Origin: Gammaproteobacteria bacterium
Lineage (GTDB): Bacteria > Pseudomonadota > Gammaproteobacteria > SZUA-21
Direction: 5' to 3'
DNA: 64,000 nucleotides
NCBI GenBank assembly: GCA_003233345.1
Contig: QILK01000073.1
Coordinates: 6,413-70,412 of the forward strand
Within the stretch, counting starts at the first letter, position 1; every line of letters begins with the position of its first letter. The notes under the pieces were generated by a model. The model was not told the origin of the DNA and did not search any database. It saw nothing but the letters and a program-made list of their open reading frames with translations. Made by a program: the position numbers and the translations under genes. This document shows, in pieces, positions 52,057 to 62,073 of this stretch.

Positions 52057-52250
52057 TATTTATAGTTACGAAGATAAAAAAGATATTATGCCCTAGCTTA
52101 ATACATATTGAAAATATTGTCGGGATTGCGGTCGCTACAAGCAGTTTGCAATTGACTTATATATTAGTATAAGCTAATATTTGTCGAGGTCAGATATTAG
52201 GCAAATATTATTAAATTCAGATAGATACGGTAAATATTTGAGGTAAGTTA

Positions 52251-53033
52251 ATGAGTCAATCTAGCGATTTAACATTTCAACAAAAAAGTTTATTTCAACA
52301 AGGCTATCAGCAGTACTCAGCCAAAGAGTTAAAACAACTCGAATGGGGATTGAGATTTACGCCAGCGGTCTGTTCTGTTTTAACGGCGATTGCTTTGCTT
52401 GGCCAATCACCGGTGTTGCTCTTTGTTGTAGCTGCTCTGGGGATCTGGGCATTCTTTTTTCCGGCGGGTCATCCGATGGATTTATTATACAATCACTTCG
52501 TTCGGCACATGTTTAAATCCATCAAGCTACCGCAAAATCCCTTTCAAAGACGCTTGGCGTGTTTTGCCGCCGGTGTAATGAATGCTATTGCGGCAGTGCT
52601 TCTATTGTCAAACCTGCCTGTAGCGGCATGGATAGTTGGAGGGGTGTTGCTGGCATTACAAGCGATAGTAATAAGCACTCATTTTTGCACACTGTCTTGG
52701 ATGTATGAGGGTGTGATGCGTTTATTCGGTCAATGGAATAAACCCGTGGAGCAACAGAAGGCCAATCAATTGTTGTCACAAGGTGCAATATGGGTCGACG
52801 TAAGAAGCCCGAATGAATATAGCAAGGGCTCTGTTAGCGGATCGATAAACTTGCCACTGGAAGAGCTGGAAAATAATATTGATAAGTTCAAAGCGGAAAA
52901 ATGCTTGTTATTTTGTAACAGTGGCACACGAAGTCATATCGCCCATAAAAAACTGGAAAATCTCGGTATTACTCATACTTATAATATCGGAACATTAACA
53001 AGAGCCCAGAATATCGCCAATGCTTCTGTGTAA
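52251..53033 (+). CDS. Membrane protein with DUF4395-like N-terminal domain and C-terminal rhodanese domain
   Basis: 260 aa. Rhodanese fold with an active-site Cys loop (IWVDVRSPNEYSKGSVSGSINLP...LLFCNSGTRS). Confidence 0.6.
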   Translation: MSQSSDLTFQQKSLFQQGYQQYSAKELKQLEWGLRFTPAVCSVLTAIALLGQSPVLLFVVAALGIWAFFFPAGHPMDLLYNHFVRHMFKSIKLPQNPFQRRLACFAAGVMNAIAAVLLLSNLPVAAWIVGGVLLALQAIVISTHFCTLSWMYEGVMRLFGQWNKPVEQQKANQLLSQGAIWVDVRSPNEYSKGSVSGSINLPLEELENNIDKFKAEKCLLFCNSGTRSHIAHKKLENLGITHTYNIGTLTRAQNIANASV

Positions 53034-53043
53034 ATAAATCAAT

Positions 53044-53073
53044 CTGTCATTCCGGCGTATGCGGGAATGACAG
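53044..53073. terminator. Hairpin between convergent rhodanese and carbonic anhydrase genes
   Basis: ctgtcattcc-ggcgtatgc-gggaatgacag, a perfect 10-bp stem. Confidence 0.4.
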
Positions 53074-53108
53074 GATGACGAACACTTTTCACATGGAATA
53101 ACTTTCTA

Positions 53109-53864
53109 TTATTTCTGTGATGTTTTAATCTGGCGGCTACCAATTTTTTGCACGGGTCTGGCATTCATTGAAAATATTTTCTTAAAGCGCTCTATTTGCG
53201 CTTTTGACATTTCGATAGGTTCTTTTATAACAATCCAGTTAACACCCTCGCTGCAAGGCGGCGTCGTCAGGGAACCGGAATAATTATAATATACATTCAT
53301 GTTAGACGGTTGGATCGCCTTCCCGTTGACCATCGTGGATTTAACCGATTTTTCACCGACTTTAGTCGGCGCATTTTCCAAAATTGCGGCAAACGTTTTA
53401 TTGGCTTTACCTTCCTTAATCATAACACCTATGACCGCCAGTTCTTTTTTATCATTGGCATGAACAAAGTGTGCTTCGATTGGAAATGTTTTACTTTTAA
53501 CTTTATGTTCACTGGGAGTATGAAAATGAAATTGTAATAGATTGAATTTGTTTTTACCGATTAATAATGTACTGCCAGCTTTATAATTTACCTGCAAAGT
53601 ATGGCCATTATTAACGATATTCAAAGGAGTATCGGCATAATTAAAGGTTAATTTTTTTGTTTCTTCTTTTTTGACATTAACAATATCAATAGGTGACTGC
53701 TTTAATCCTTTTTTACAAAGATGAAATTTTTTGTCTAAGTCTCCCCAGTTTGATGGGCCAGCTTTTCCGTTATAGCCCCAATGAACGCCTTTGGCAAAGC
53801 TGCTTGTAGATGCAAATATACATAGCACTAATAAACAGATTTTATTAATCGATCTGGTTCTCAT
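53109..53864 (-). CDS. Alpha-class carbonic anhydrase (secreted)
   Basis: 251 aa with a signal peptide. The WGY-GPSNW, QSPIDI and FHFHTPSEH motifs are diagnostic for alpha-CA. Confidence 0.85.
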   Translation of the reverse strand: MRTRSINKICLLVLCIFASTSSFAKGVHWGYNGKAGPSNWGDLDKKFHLCKKGLKQSPIDIVNVKKEETKKLTFNYADTPLNIVNNGHTLQVNYKAGSTLLIGKNKFNLLQFHFHTPSEHKVKSKTFPIEAHFVHANDKKELAVIGVMIKEGKANKTFAAILENAPTKVGEKSVKSTMVNGKAIQPSNMNVYYNYSGSLTTPPCSEGVNWIVIKEPIEMSKAQIERFKKIFSMNARPVQKIGSRQIKTSQK

Positions 53865-54088
53865 AGTTATCCTCTAAGTAAAAACAAACGTTTAGGTGTT
53901 TTTAGATTATTGGCACCATCGTTTCGAGAAAGGGATTGCAACCGAGAAATGATTTGCTGTTTTGAGCGCCCCGTCCGACACAATAACGCCACGGTTATAG
54001 TTTATTTTCTGAAAACGCATTATAAGAATTGACAACTATAGATTCAAGAAAAATCTGACGTGAAATGCTCCGTAATCATTACCAAATG

Positions 54089-55963
54089 TTAATGTCCTTG
54101 ATACATTTCCTCTATTTTGCTTGCATACTTTGCATTGATTTGCTTACGACGCAACTTAAGCGTGGGTGTTAACATACCGTTTTCGATTGACCAGGGCTCT
54201 TGACACAGTGCGACATTATGTATTTGTGCATAACCTGGAAACTCCTTAATTCGATTTTTAATTTGCTGCAGAAATATTTTGTTTCTTTTTTCGACAGGAA
54301 TATTGAATAAGTCTTTATTTTCATTGGCTGGATCTTGCTTCCACGCGTCATTATTTGCCACAATCAGTGCGGTTAGATAGGGCCGTTGTTCGCCAATAAG
54401 CATTACCTGTTCGATTAAAATGTCTTGTTGAATGGCCATTTCCAGATCAGAGGGAGGTACTTTTTCGCCATTAGACATAACAATAATTTCTTTTAGTCTA
54501 CCGGTAATAAATATATGTTTATCACGTATTTCGACGATATCGCCAGTCGACAACCAGCCTTCATGATCAATCAGTTCGTCGGTTGCATTCTTGTTGTTTA
54601 GGTAACCCATCATAACGGAAGGTCCACGGACCATCAGTTCACCGACATCGCTGGTTTTAACTTCTACGCCTGGTAATGGTATACCAACACTTTCAGGAAT
54701 ATTGTTTTGAAGACGGTTAACGCTAATAATAGGGCTGTGTTCTGTTAAACCGTAACCTTGTAAAATAGGTAAACCGAGTCCAATAAACATGCGTGATATC
54801 TGTGGGGAGAGTGCGGCGCCACCGCAAATACACAATCGAATACTACCGCCAAACTTGGCTAGTATTTTCTTCGATACCAGTTTCCGAAGTATGGGTAACA
54901 TTAAGAATGATGCATGCCAGCTGCCTCGTTTTTGTTTCGATAAAAATTGCTGATAACCGATCTCGACAGCGTCAGTAAAAAGATTCCTGGCGGTATTGGA
55001 CTTCCCCAGTAATTGCTCCTGAATCTTGTTATGAATTCTTTCGAAAATACGTGGTACAGTTATCATGACAGTCGGCTTAGTGGTCAGCATATCTTCCGCT
55101 AAATCAGCAATAGAACGTGCATACGATACACTAGCGTTAGCGCAGATGGGTAGGTAATATCCAACAGTACGCTCAAAAGTGTGGCATAGCGGCAAGAAAG
55201 ACACAAACCGATCTGAAGGGTATATCGTGACGCTATTCAGCGCGCCTTTTATATTCCACAAGATGTTTCGATGGCTTAACATAACACCTTTAGGTCGACC
55301 GGTAGTCCCAGAGGTATAGACGACGGTTGCCAATGCGTCGGATTTAATATCGCTGTGCTTCAGCTCACATTTATCTTTTGGTAACCAGTCACTGATCCAG
55401 CGTAAACGGGTATCGTGTGGTGCGCCGGTCATGGATGATAATGAAAGAATACGTTTCAAACTAGTCACATTATTTAGTGTTTTATAAAATTCATTCCACT
55501 GCTCATCATTGTCAATTAGCAATAACTGCACATTGGCGTCATTTAGAATATAGGATACGTTATCAGGTCTGTCTTCGGTATAGAGCGGGATAACCACTAA
55601 ACCCATACTCAATGCAGCGATATCAAATATGGCCCACTCACGGCAATTGCGTATCATAATTGCGACGGCATCACCGGCGATAAGTTGTTCGCTTTTGAAT
55701 GCTGCTTGCCAACACGCGATATCATCGGCTACATCAGCCCAACTATAGTTTCCCCACAAACCCGTAGACTCATCATACTGTTTGTAGGCGAGTGAGGCGG
55801 GTGATCGATTAAGACGTTCGCAAAATAGTTGAAACAAATTGTCGATTGAATCTGTATCGATATAGTCTGTAACATCCTTCATATTTTTTTTCCGTACTTT
55901 GGGTTGGTCCTTGGTATTTTTGACAAGCGTTCGGGATACGTTATGAAATTTGGCAATATTCAT
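54089..55963 (-). CDS. fadD: Long-chain fatty-acid-CoA ligase (AMP-dependent synthetase)
   Basis: 624 aa with AMP-binding motifs (YTSGTTGRPKGVMLSH; GYGLTE). The true start is probably the internal Met near 55885. Confidence 0.8.
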   Translation of the reverse strand: MNIAKFHNVSRTLVKNTKDQPKVRKKNMKDVTDYIDTDSIDNLFQLFCERLNRSPASLAYKQYDESTGLWGNYSWADVADDIACWQAAFKSEQLIAGDAVAIMIRNCREWAIFDIAALSMGLVVIPLYTEDRPDNVSYILNDANVQLLLIDNDEQWNEFYKTLNNVTSLKRILSLSSMTGAPHDTRLRWISDWLPKDKCELKHSDIKSDALATVVYTSGTTGRPKGVMLSHRNILWNIKGALNSVTIYPSDRFVSFLPLCHTFERTVGYYLPICANASVSYARSIADLAEDMLTTKPTVMITVPRIFERIHNKIQEQLLGKSNTARNLFTDAVEIGYQQFLSKQKRGSWHASFLMLPILRKLVSKKILAKFGGSIRLCICGGAALSPQISRMFIGLGLPILQGYGLTEHSPIISVNRLQNNIPESVGIPLPGVEVKTSDVGELMVRGPSVMMGYLNNKNATDELIDHEGWLSTGDIVEIRDKHIFITGRLKEIIVMSNGEKVPPSDLEMAIQQDILIEQVMLIGEQRPYLTALIVANNDAWKQDPANENKDLFNIPVEKRNKIFLQQIKNRIKEFPGYAQIHNVALCQEPWSIENGMLTPTLKLRRKQINAKYASKIEEMYQGH

Positions 55964-55969
55964 AATAAC

Positions 55970-58048
55970 TCACGAAGCCTTTTTGACCGAATCCCAACCG
56001 GAATCGGGGTGAAAGCGATCGCCAAATGCTTGCTCCAGTTCTTTAAAATGTTCAATCTGGGTTTCGAATCCAATTTTTTCCGAGTAATGCATCGGACCAC
56101 CGCGGAAGGGCGCAAAACCAGTCCCATAGACAATACCGGCATCGAGTAAATCTGAAGAGGACACGACTTTCTCACGCAAGCAAGTCATGGCTTCATTTAG
56201 CAAACGAAATACTAGGCGTTCGCGGATAACTTTATCGGGTTTATCATCGTTGACAGTACTATTGCGAATAAGCTTAGCATTCTTATACCGATAAAATCCA
56301 ATGCCCGATTTTTTACCCAATTCTTTAGCGACCACCTTGTCTTTTAATAGTTGTGGAACCTTGCCACCCAATCGCTGCGATAGTATTTCTGCAACTGAAA
56401 GACAAATATCTAAGCCGACAGTATCGGCTAGTTCTACCGGGCCCATTTTCATTCCAAAATCAATGGCCACAGCATCAATCGTCTCGGGTGCCACACCTTC
56501 CGCCAGCAGTTCAACCGCTTCGAGTAAATATGGCATTAAAATTCGATTGATGAGAAATCCCGGCGTACTTTGCACCGGCAATGGCAGTTTGCCGATTTGT
56601 CTGGCAAACGCGGCAACCGCTTTAACACTATCAGGGTCACTCTGTTGTGTTGATACGATTTCAATTAGCATCATCTGCGCTACCGGGTTAAAAAAGTGAA
56701 GCCCGACCAGGCGATTTGGAAATTTTAACGCCGTGCCCAGTTCTTCGAGCGGAATGCTTGAGGTATTGCTTACCAGTAAAGCGCCTTCTTTCATTTGTGG
56801 TTCAATGACTTTATATAACGCATGTTTGGCTTCTTTATTTTCGTAAATTGCTTCAATGATAATATCCGCTTCCTTAACGCCCAGTCCTTTTTCATCGGGA
56901 ATCAGTTGGTCCATGGCTTGTTGTATTAATCGCGGTTTTTTCAGGCGTCTTTTAAAAAGTTGATAGGCACGCTTAATGGCAGGCGCGATGACCGCCGCAG
57001 ACCGGTCTTGTAAAGTCACCTTTAATCCTTTTAATGCACACCATGCCGCGATATCCCCACCCATGACGCCAGCACCGACAACGTGAACCTGTTTCGCTCT
57101 GAAGTCACTTTGATTACCTTGTGCTTTAAGTTTTTCTTGTAAAAAGAAAATCCGGACCAGGTTTTGCGCGGTTTCACTGACCAGTAATTTTGAGATTGAC
57201 TTGGCTTCTTTTAACGTCATTACATCCTTATCGTGTGAGTGATTTTTCCATAATTCAATAATGGCAAAGGGCGCAGGGTAATGCTTCCGCGAAACTTTTT
57301 TCGATACTTTTTTTGTCAGTAGTGTTGCAACCAGCGGACGTACAGGTTTTAAACTAAGTAATTTATTAATCAGTGGTAATCTGGGTTTTTTCGGAGGATT
57401 TTTAACAACCTGAACAGCAGCGGTCAACAGATGGCGTCTGGGAGTTGTATAATCAACCAGACCGATTTTTCTAGCCGCCCGTGCCGAAACCGGCCGGCCG
57501 ACCAACATCATATTCATGCTTGTGAATACGCCTACCAGCCCAGGCAAACGCACGGTACCGCCAAATCCAGGATGGATACCAAGATTGACTTCGGGTAAGC
57601 CTAACCGGGTTTTATCATCGTCGCAGGCAATTCTGTATTGACAAGCCATCGCCAGCTCCAGCCCGCCACCCAGGCAAATACCGTCGATTAAGGCAATAGT
57701 AGGGCAGGCGATCGTTTCTATTCGGTCAAACAGCGTTTGCGATGAGCGGATATATTCGTAGACTTCATTTTCGCCACTAAATTGTGTAAATTCGTTAATA
57801 TCGGCACCAGCGATAAAACTGGTGTTTTTTTCGGAATAAATAATTAACCCGGTTGGGACTGATTTTTCCAGATTTTCAATGCAGGTTTGCAGTTCCTGTA
57901 GTACCGGTTGTGATAATACGTTAACGCTTGAGTCTTTTTTGTCCAGTCCAAGCCAAACGATACCGTCGCTGTCGATACGCGTTGTCCAGTGCACAAGTTT
58001 TAGGTTAATCAGTGACATTTTTATTCTCCATCTTTGTATCTGCTGCAT
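55970..58048 (-). CDS. fadJ: Fatty-acid oxidation complex alpha subunit (enoyl-CoA hydratase / 3-hydroxyacyl-CoA dehydrogenase, FadJ/FadB type)
   Basis: 692 aa with an N-terminal crotonase fold and C-terminal NAD-binding motif (VHVVGAGVMGGDIA). Probable real start at the MSLINLK Met (58018). Confidence 0.85.
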   Translation of the reverse strand: MQQIQRWRIKMSLINLKLVHWTTRIDSDGIVWLGLDKKDSSVNVLSQPVLQELQTCIENLEKSVPTGLIIYSEKNTSFIAGADINEFTQFSGENEVYEYIRSSQTLFDRIETIACPTIALIDGICLGGGLELAMACQYRIACDDDKTRLGLPEVNLGIHPGFGGTVRLPGLVGVFTSMNMMLVGRPVSARAARKIGLVDYTTPRRHLLTAAVQVVKNPPKKPRLPLINKLLSLKPVRPLVATLLTKKVSKKVSRKHYPAPFAIIELWKNHSHDKDVMTLKEAKSISKLLVSETAQNLVRIFFLQEKLKAQGNQSDFRAKQVHVVGAGVMGGDIAAWCALKGLKVTLQDRSAAVIAPAIKRAYQLFKRRLKKPRLIQQAMDQLIPDEKGLGVKEADIIIEAIYENKEAKHALYKVIEPQMKEGALLVSNTSSIPLEELGTALKFPNRLVGLHFFNPVAQMMLIEIVSTQQSDPDSVKAVAAFARQIGKLPLPVQSTPGFLINRILMPYLLEAVELLAEGVAPETIDAVAIDFGMKMGPVELADTVGLDICLSVAEILSQRLGGKVPQLLKDKVVAKELGKKSGIGFYRYKNAKLIRNSTVNDDKPDKVIRERLVFRLLNEAMTCLREKVVSSSDLLDAGIVYGTGFAPFRGGPMHYSEKIGFETQIEHFKELEQAFGDRFHPDSGWDSVKKAS

Positions 58049-59429
58049 TGGTATCTGTTGTTATTGGCGATTTCCCCTCGGCTTTACTTGTGGTTGTTTT
58101 AGTCTTTGCTTTAGTTTCTTTTTTATCACGTTCTACTAGTATAGCGCCACCTTGACCACCGCCAATACATAAACTGGCGATTCCGCGATATTTATTGTTT
58201 CTTTTCAAGGTCTGTAACAGATGCAATACGATTCTGGCGCCACTGGCACCGACGGGATGACCAATACTGACACCACCGCCATCAACATTGAGCTTATCCT
58301 GGTCTATTTCTCCAACGGCCTGGTTAAATCCAAGCTCGGACTGGCAATAGTCTTTATCTTTCCAGGCTTCGATGCATGCCAATACCTGACCGGCAAAGGC
58401 CTCATTGATTTCCCAGTAGTCGACACTATCAAGCTTTAGATTACGTCGTTGCATGATAGGTGACATCGCGTGTACCGGGCCGAGTCCCATTTGCGTCGGA
58501 TCAAGTCCAGCCCACTGTGAGTCGACTAATCGTCCCATGACCGGAAGATTGTATTTCTCTACCGCCTCTGCGCTGGCGAGTACCAGCAATGCCGCACCGT
58601 CGGTAATTTGCGCACTATTGCCCGCGGTTACTTTGCCAAAATTTCGGTCAAAGACCGGTTTTAGTTTGCCAAGCTTTTCCAGTGTACTATCGGCTCTGAC
58701 GCCATTATCATGATCATGATAGTTTCCGTCCGTTGTATAGATGGTTTCCATTTCATCATGAAAGTATCCGTTTTTTTCTGCCGCTGCCAGTCGATGGTGA
58801 CTGCGCATCGCGAAGCTATCCATCATTTGCCGCGAAATAGCAAAGCGATGAGCGATTTTTTCCGCTGTCTGTCCCATTGACATGCCGACAATCGGATCAC
58901 TCAAACCTTTTAGTAAACCAATAACCGGCGCAAAAAAAGCAGGGCGTAGCGCAAATAGGCTTTTACTCTTGGCAACAACCCCTTTGGCTCTAAGCCATCC
59001 CGCCAACCAGTTAACCATGGCAGCATTAAGCAGTATGGGTGCCCGGCTCATTGATTCGGTACCACCGGCTAAGACCAGGTGAGCATTTCCGCTGGCAATA
59101 TCGCGGGCGGCGGTGTCCAGTGCCTGCATTCCCGATGCGCAATTTCTTTGTACCGTGAAAGCCGGAACATGCTCGTCAAACCCCAAACGCAAAGCAATTA
59201 TGCGAGCTATATTGACCTCGTCCGGGCTTGGCATGACACAACCGATGATGACTTCATCAAATGCGTTGCTTGGAAAAGGCAGACGTGCAATAAGGGCACG
59301 ACCCGCCAGTACCGCCAGATCCGATGCGCTAAACGAACCAGGTTTTCCACTGGTTTTTAGAAAAGGTGTTCGACTACCGTCTACCACGTAGACGGATTTA
59401 TTCGCATAAGATTTTTTATTGCTTTGCAT
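58005..59429 (-). CDS. fadI: 3-ketoacyl-CoA thiolase (FadI/FadA type) with K/T-rich C-terminal tail
   Basis: 474 aa with thiolase motifs (NCASGMQAL; GGGVSIGHPVGASGARI; CIGGGQG). Thiolase-then-alpha-subunit order matches fadIJ. Confidence 0.85.
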   Translation of the reverse strand: MQSNKKSYANKSVYVVDGSRTPFLKTSGKPGSFSASDLAVLAGRALIARLPFPSNAFDEVIIGCVMPSPDEVNIARIIALRLGFDEHVPAFTVQRNCASGMQALDTAARDIASGNAHLVLAGGTESMSRAPILLNAAMVNWLAGWLRAKGVVAKSKSLFALRPAFFAPVIGLLKGLSDPIVGMSMGQTAEKIAHRFAISRQMMDSFAMRSHHRLAAAEKNGYFHDEMETIYTTDGNYHDHDNGVRADSTLEKLGKLKPVFDRNFGKVTAGNSAQITDGAALLVLASAEAVEKYNLPVMGRLVDSQWAGLDPTQMGLGPVHAMSPIMQRRNLKLDSVDYWEINEAFAGQVLACIEAWKDKDYCQSELGFNQAVGEIDQDKLNVDGGGVSIGHPVGASGARIVLHLLQTLKRNNKYRGIASLCIGGGQGGAILVERDKKETKAKTKTTTSKAEGKSPITTDTNAADTKMENKNVTD

Positions 59430-59477
59430 TTAACGTCTCCAGGTAACCACTTCTGACCATAATACAGGCTTGAGGTT

Positions 59478-61970
59478 TTAACTGCTACGGGTAGCCTTTT
59501 TTAACGCGCTACTCGTACTGCTTAGCGAAGGATCGCTAGCCATCAAGCCTAGATCGGCTGGGAAATCATCAACTGCGATGACTTCTTTTCGCGCTTTAGC
59601 GGCAACCATCACTAGGTTGGCTTCAGCTTCAGTAATAACATTTAGTTTTACCGCGACGGCGAGCAGCGCATGTGATCGAATTTCCTTAAGCAAGCCTTCG
59701 GCTTTTGCTTTGCGAATTTTTTTCTCGACTTTTTCCGCAGCAATAACTTTTTCCAGTGTGGCGTCCAGTCGCCCCATCACCTGAGTGACATCTTTTGGTG
59801 CATAAATACCCTTGGTTAATCTTTCCCGGGTATCAGAGGGTGATAATAGTAATAGCGCCACTTTGTGGCCCAATTTGTCACTGGGTTTTCGATAGGTCTG
59901 GCCAAACGGAAAAACCATAATACGCAGAAAATGCGCGAGCGAGCGTATTGGATAATTGCGAAATAATTCGATCAGGCTTTCCTGAATGGTAAATAATGAA
60001 TTTTCGCAAACCCATTGCAGGAGCGGCAAATCAGCTTCGGGCGAACCATCATCGCGAAAACGTTTTAGTGTGGCTGACGCCAGATACAAATGACTCAAAA
60101 CATCTGCCATACGACCGGATAACCTTTCTTTACGTTTTAGCTCACCCCCCAACGCTAACATAGACATATCCGATGCCAATGCCAATGCGGAACTCATTCG
60201 GGTTAACTGTCGATAGTATTTTGCAACCGGACCCTGAACCGGTTTTTTGACAAAGAGTGCGTGGCTTAATCCTAGAAAAAACGACCTGGCCATGTTGCTG
60301 ATGGTAAAGCCTGCGTGTTTAAACACAATCTTGTCAAATAGAATTTTTCCTTGAGTCGTATCTGGATTTGAAGCAGCATCGAGTTCCTGCAACACATAGG
60401 GATGACAGCGAATCGCCCCTTGTCCAAAAATAATGAGACAGCGGGTGAGAATATTTGCGCCTTCAACGGTAATACTAATCGGCAAAGCTTGATAGCTGCG
60501 GGCGAGAAAATTGCGCGGACCCAGGCAAATACCAGCGCCACCCTGTATATCCATCGCATCATTGACGACTTTACGCATCGATTCTGTTAGGTGGTATTTG
60601 GCAATTGCCGATATCACAGCGGGTTCTTCCCCAATATCCAACGCACCAGCGGTCATTAGACGCACTGAGTCGATCATATAGGTTAACCCGCCAATGCGCG
60701 CCAAGACCTCCTCGACGCCCTCGAATTTTCCAATGGGTAATTTAAACTGTCGACGAATGCGCGCATAGGCACCTATCGCCCGGGTAGCGAGTTTACTTGC
60801 GCCCGCGCTGAGCGCAGGCAATGAAATTGAACGCCCGGCGGCCAGACATTCCATTAACATTCGCCAACCTTGCCCGGCTCGTTCCTGTCCGCCAATTAAC
60901 CAGGTCATGGGAATAAAAACATCCTTGCCACTATTTGGACCGTTCTGAAATGGAATATTGATTGGAAAATGCCTTCGACCTATGACCACCCCTTTGGTTT
61001 TAGTCGGAATCAAGGCAACGGTAATGCCTAATTCTTCTTCCGAACCTAATAGCTTATCGGGGTCATACAGTTTAAAAGCCAATCCTAACAAAGTGGCGAC
61101 AGGCCCCAATGTAATATAACGTTTATCCCAGCTGACTCTGATGCCAAGTACATCCTTTTGGCCTTCAAACTCCTGGCGACACACGACGCCTCGGTCGGGA
61201 ATAGAACTGGCATCGCTGCCAGCTTCAGGTCCTGTTAATGCGAAACAGGGTATTTCGTCGCCGCGCGCCAATCGAGGCAGGTAGTAGCTTTTTTGCTCAT
61301 CCGTGCCATAGCGTAGCAACAGTTCCGCCGGTCCCAATGAATTGGGTACCATGACCGTTACCGCAGCAGTGACGCTACGGCTGGCGATTTTTTCGACGAC
61401 ACACGAATGCGCTATCGCAGAAAACCCGAGGCCGCCATAACGCTTGGGAATGATCATACCAAACAGGCCATTTTTCTTGATAAAATCCCATACATCTTCA
61501 CTTAAGTCATGTTGCAGGTGTGATATTTCCCAGTCATTCAGCAAAGCACATAGTTGCTCAACGGGACCGTCAATAAAATCCTGCTCTTCTTTGGAAAGGC
61601 CTGGCTTCGCAATTTTGTGTAGATTTTCCCAGTTGGGTGCGCCGCTAAATAACTCACCGTCCCACCAAACGCTCCCGGCTTCCAGTGCATCCTGTTCGGT
61701 TGCGGACATGGATGGGATGATTTTTTTAAAAGCAGAAAATATAGTATTAGTGATTAACTGTCGACGAATGGGCCGCACATTTAACACGATTGCAATGGCA
61801 GCAAAAATAATCCAGGATAAACTTTGTAGTATTGTTGAATTTTTATCTATCCCTGTCCAAACGCTTAAACAAACAAAAATAAGAACCGTCCAAAGTGCCA
61901 GGGATGCTCTAAAATAAAACAGACTCCAGACAAATCCTGATACCGCCAAAATCGCTACTAAAGCAATCAT
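59478..61970 (-). CDS. fadE: Acyl-CoA dehydrogenase FadE (large membrane-anchored type)
   Basis: 830 aa with an N-terminal hydrophobic anchor and ACAD domains; size and architecture match E. coli FadE. Confidence 0.85.
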   Translation of the reverse strand: MIALVAILAVSGFVWSLFYFRASLALWTVLIFVCLSVWTGIDKNSTILQSLSWIIFAAIAIVLNVRPIRRQLITNTIFSAFKKIIPSMSATEQDALEAGSVWWDGELFSGAPNWENLHKIAKPGLSKEEQDFIDGPVEQLCALLNDWEISHLQHDLSEDVWDFIKKNGLFGMIIPKRYGGLGFSAIAHSCVVEKIASRSVTAAVTVMVPNSLGPAELLLRYGTDEQKSYYLPRLARGDEIPCFALTGPEAGSDASSIPDRGVVCRQEFEGQKDVLGIRVSWDKRYITLGPVATLLGLAFKLYDPDKLLGSEEELGITVALIPTKTKGVVIGRRHFPINIPFQNGPNSGKDVFIPMTWLIGGQERAGQGWRMLMECLAAGRSISLPALSAGASKLATRAIGAYARIRRQFKLPIGKFEGVEEVLARIGGLTYMIDSVRLMTAGALDIGEEPAVISAIAKYHLTESMRKVVNDAMDIQGGAGICLGPRNFLARSYQALPISITVEGANILTRCLIIFGQGAIRCHPYVLQELDAASNPDTTQGKILFDKIVFKHAGFTISNMARSFFLGLSHALFVKKPVQGPVAKYYRQLTRMSSALALASDMSMLALGGELKRKERLSGRMADVLSHLYLASATLKRFRDDGSPEADLPLLQWVCENSLFTIQESLIELFRNYPIRSLAHFLRIMVFPFGQTYRKPSDKLGHKVALLLLSPSDTRERLTKGIYAPKDVTQVMGRLDATLEKVIAAEKVEKKIRKAKAEGLLKEIRSHALLAVAVKLNVITEAEANLVMVAAKARKEVIAVDDFPADLGLMASDPSLSSTSSALKKATRSS

Positions 61971-62073
61971 ACTTTGCCACCTGATCTATCGTGATGATTG
62001 AAATCTAATAAAACCTTAAGTCACTACTGGTTCGTAGAATACTATTAAGCTTAGTCAATCTTTGATCGAACCA

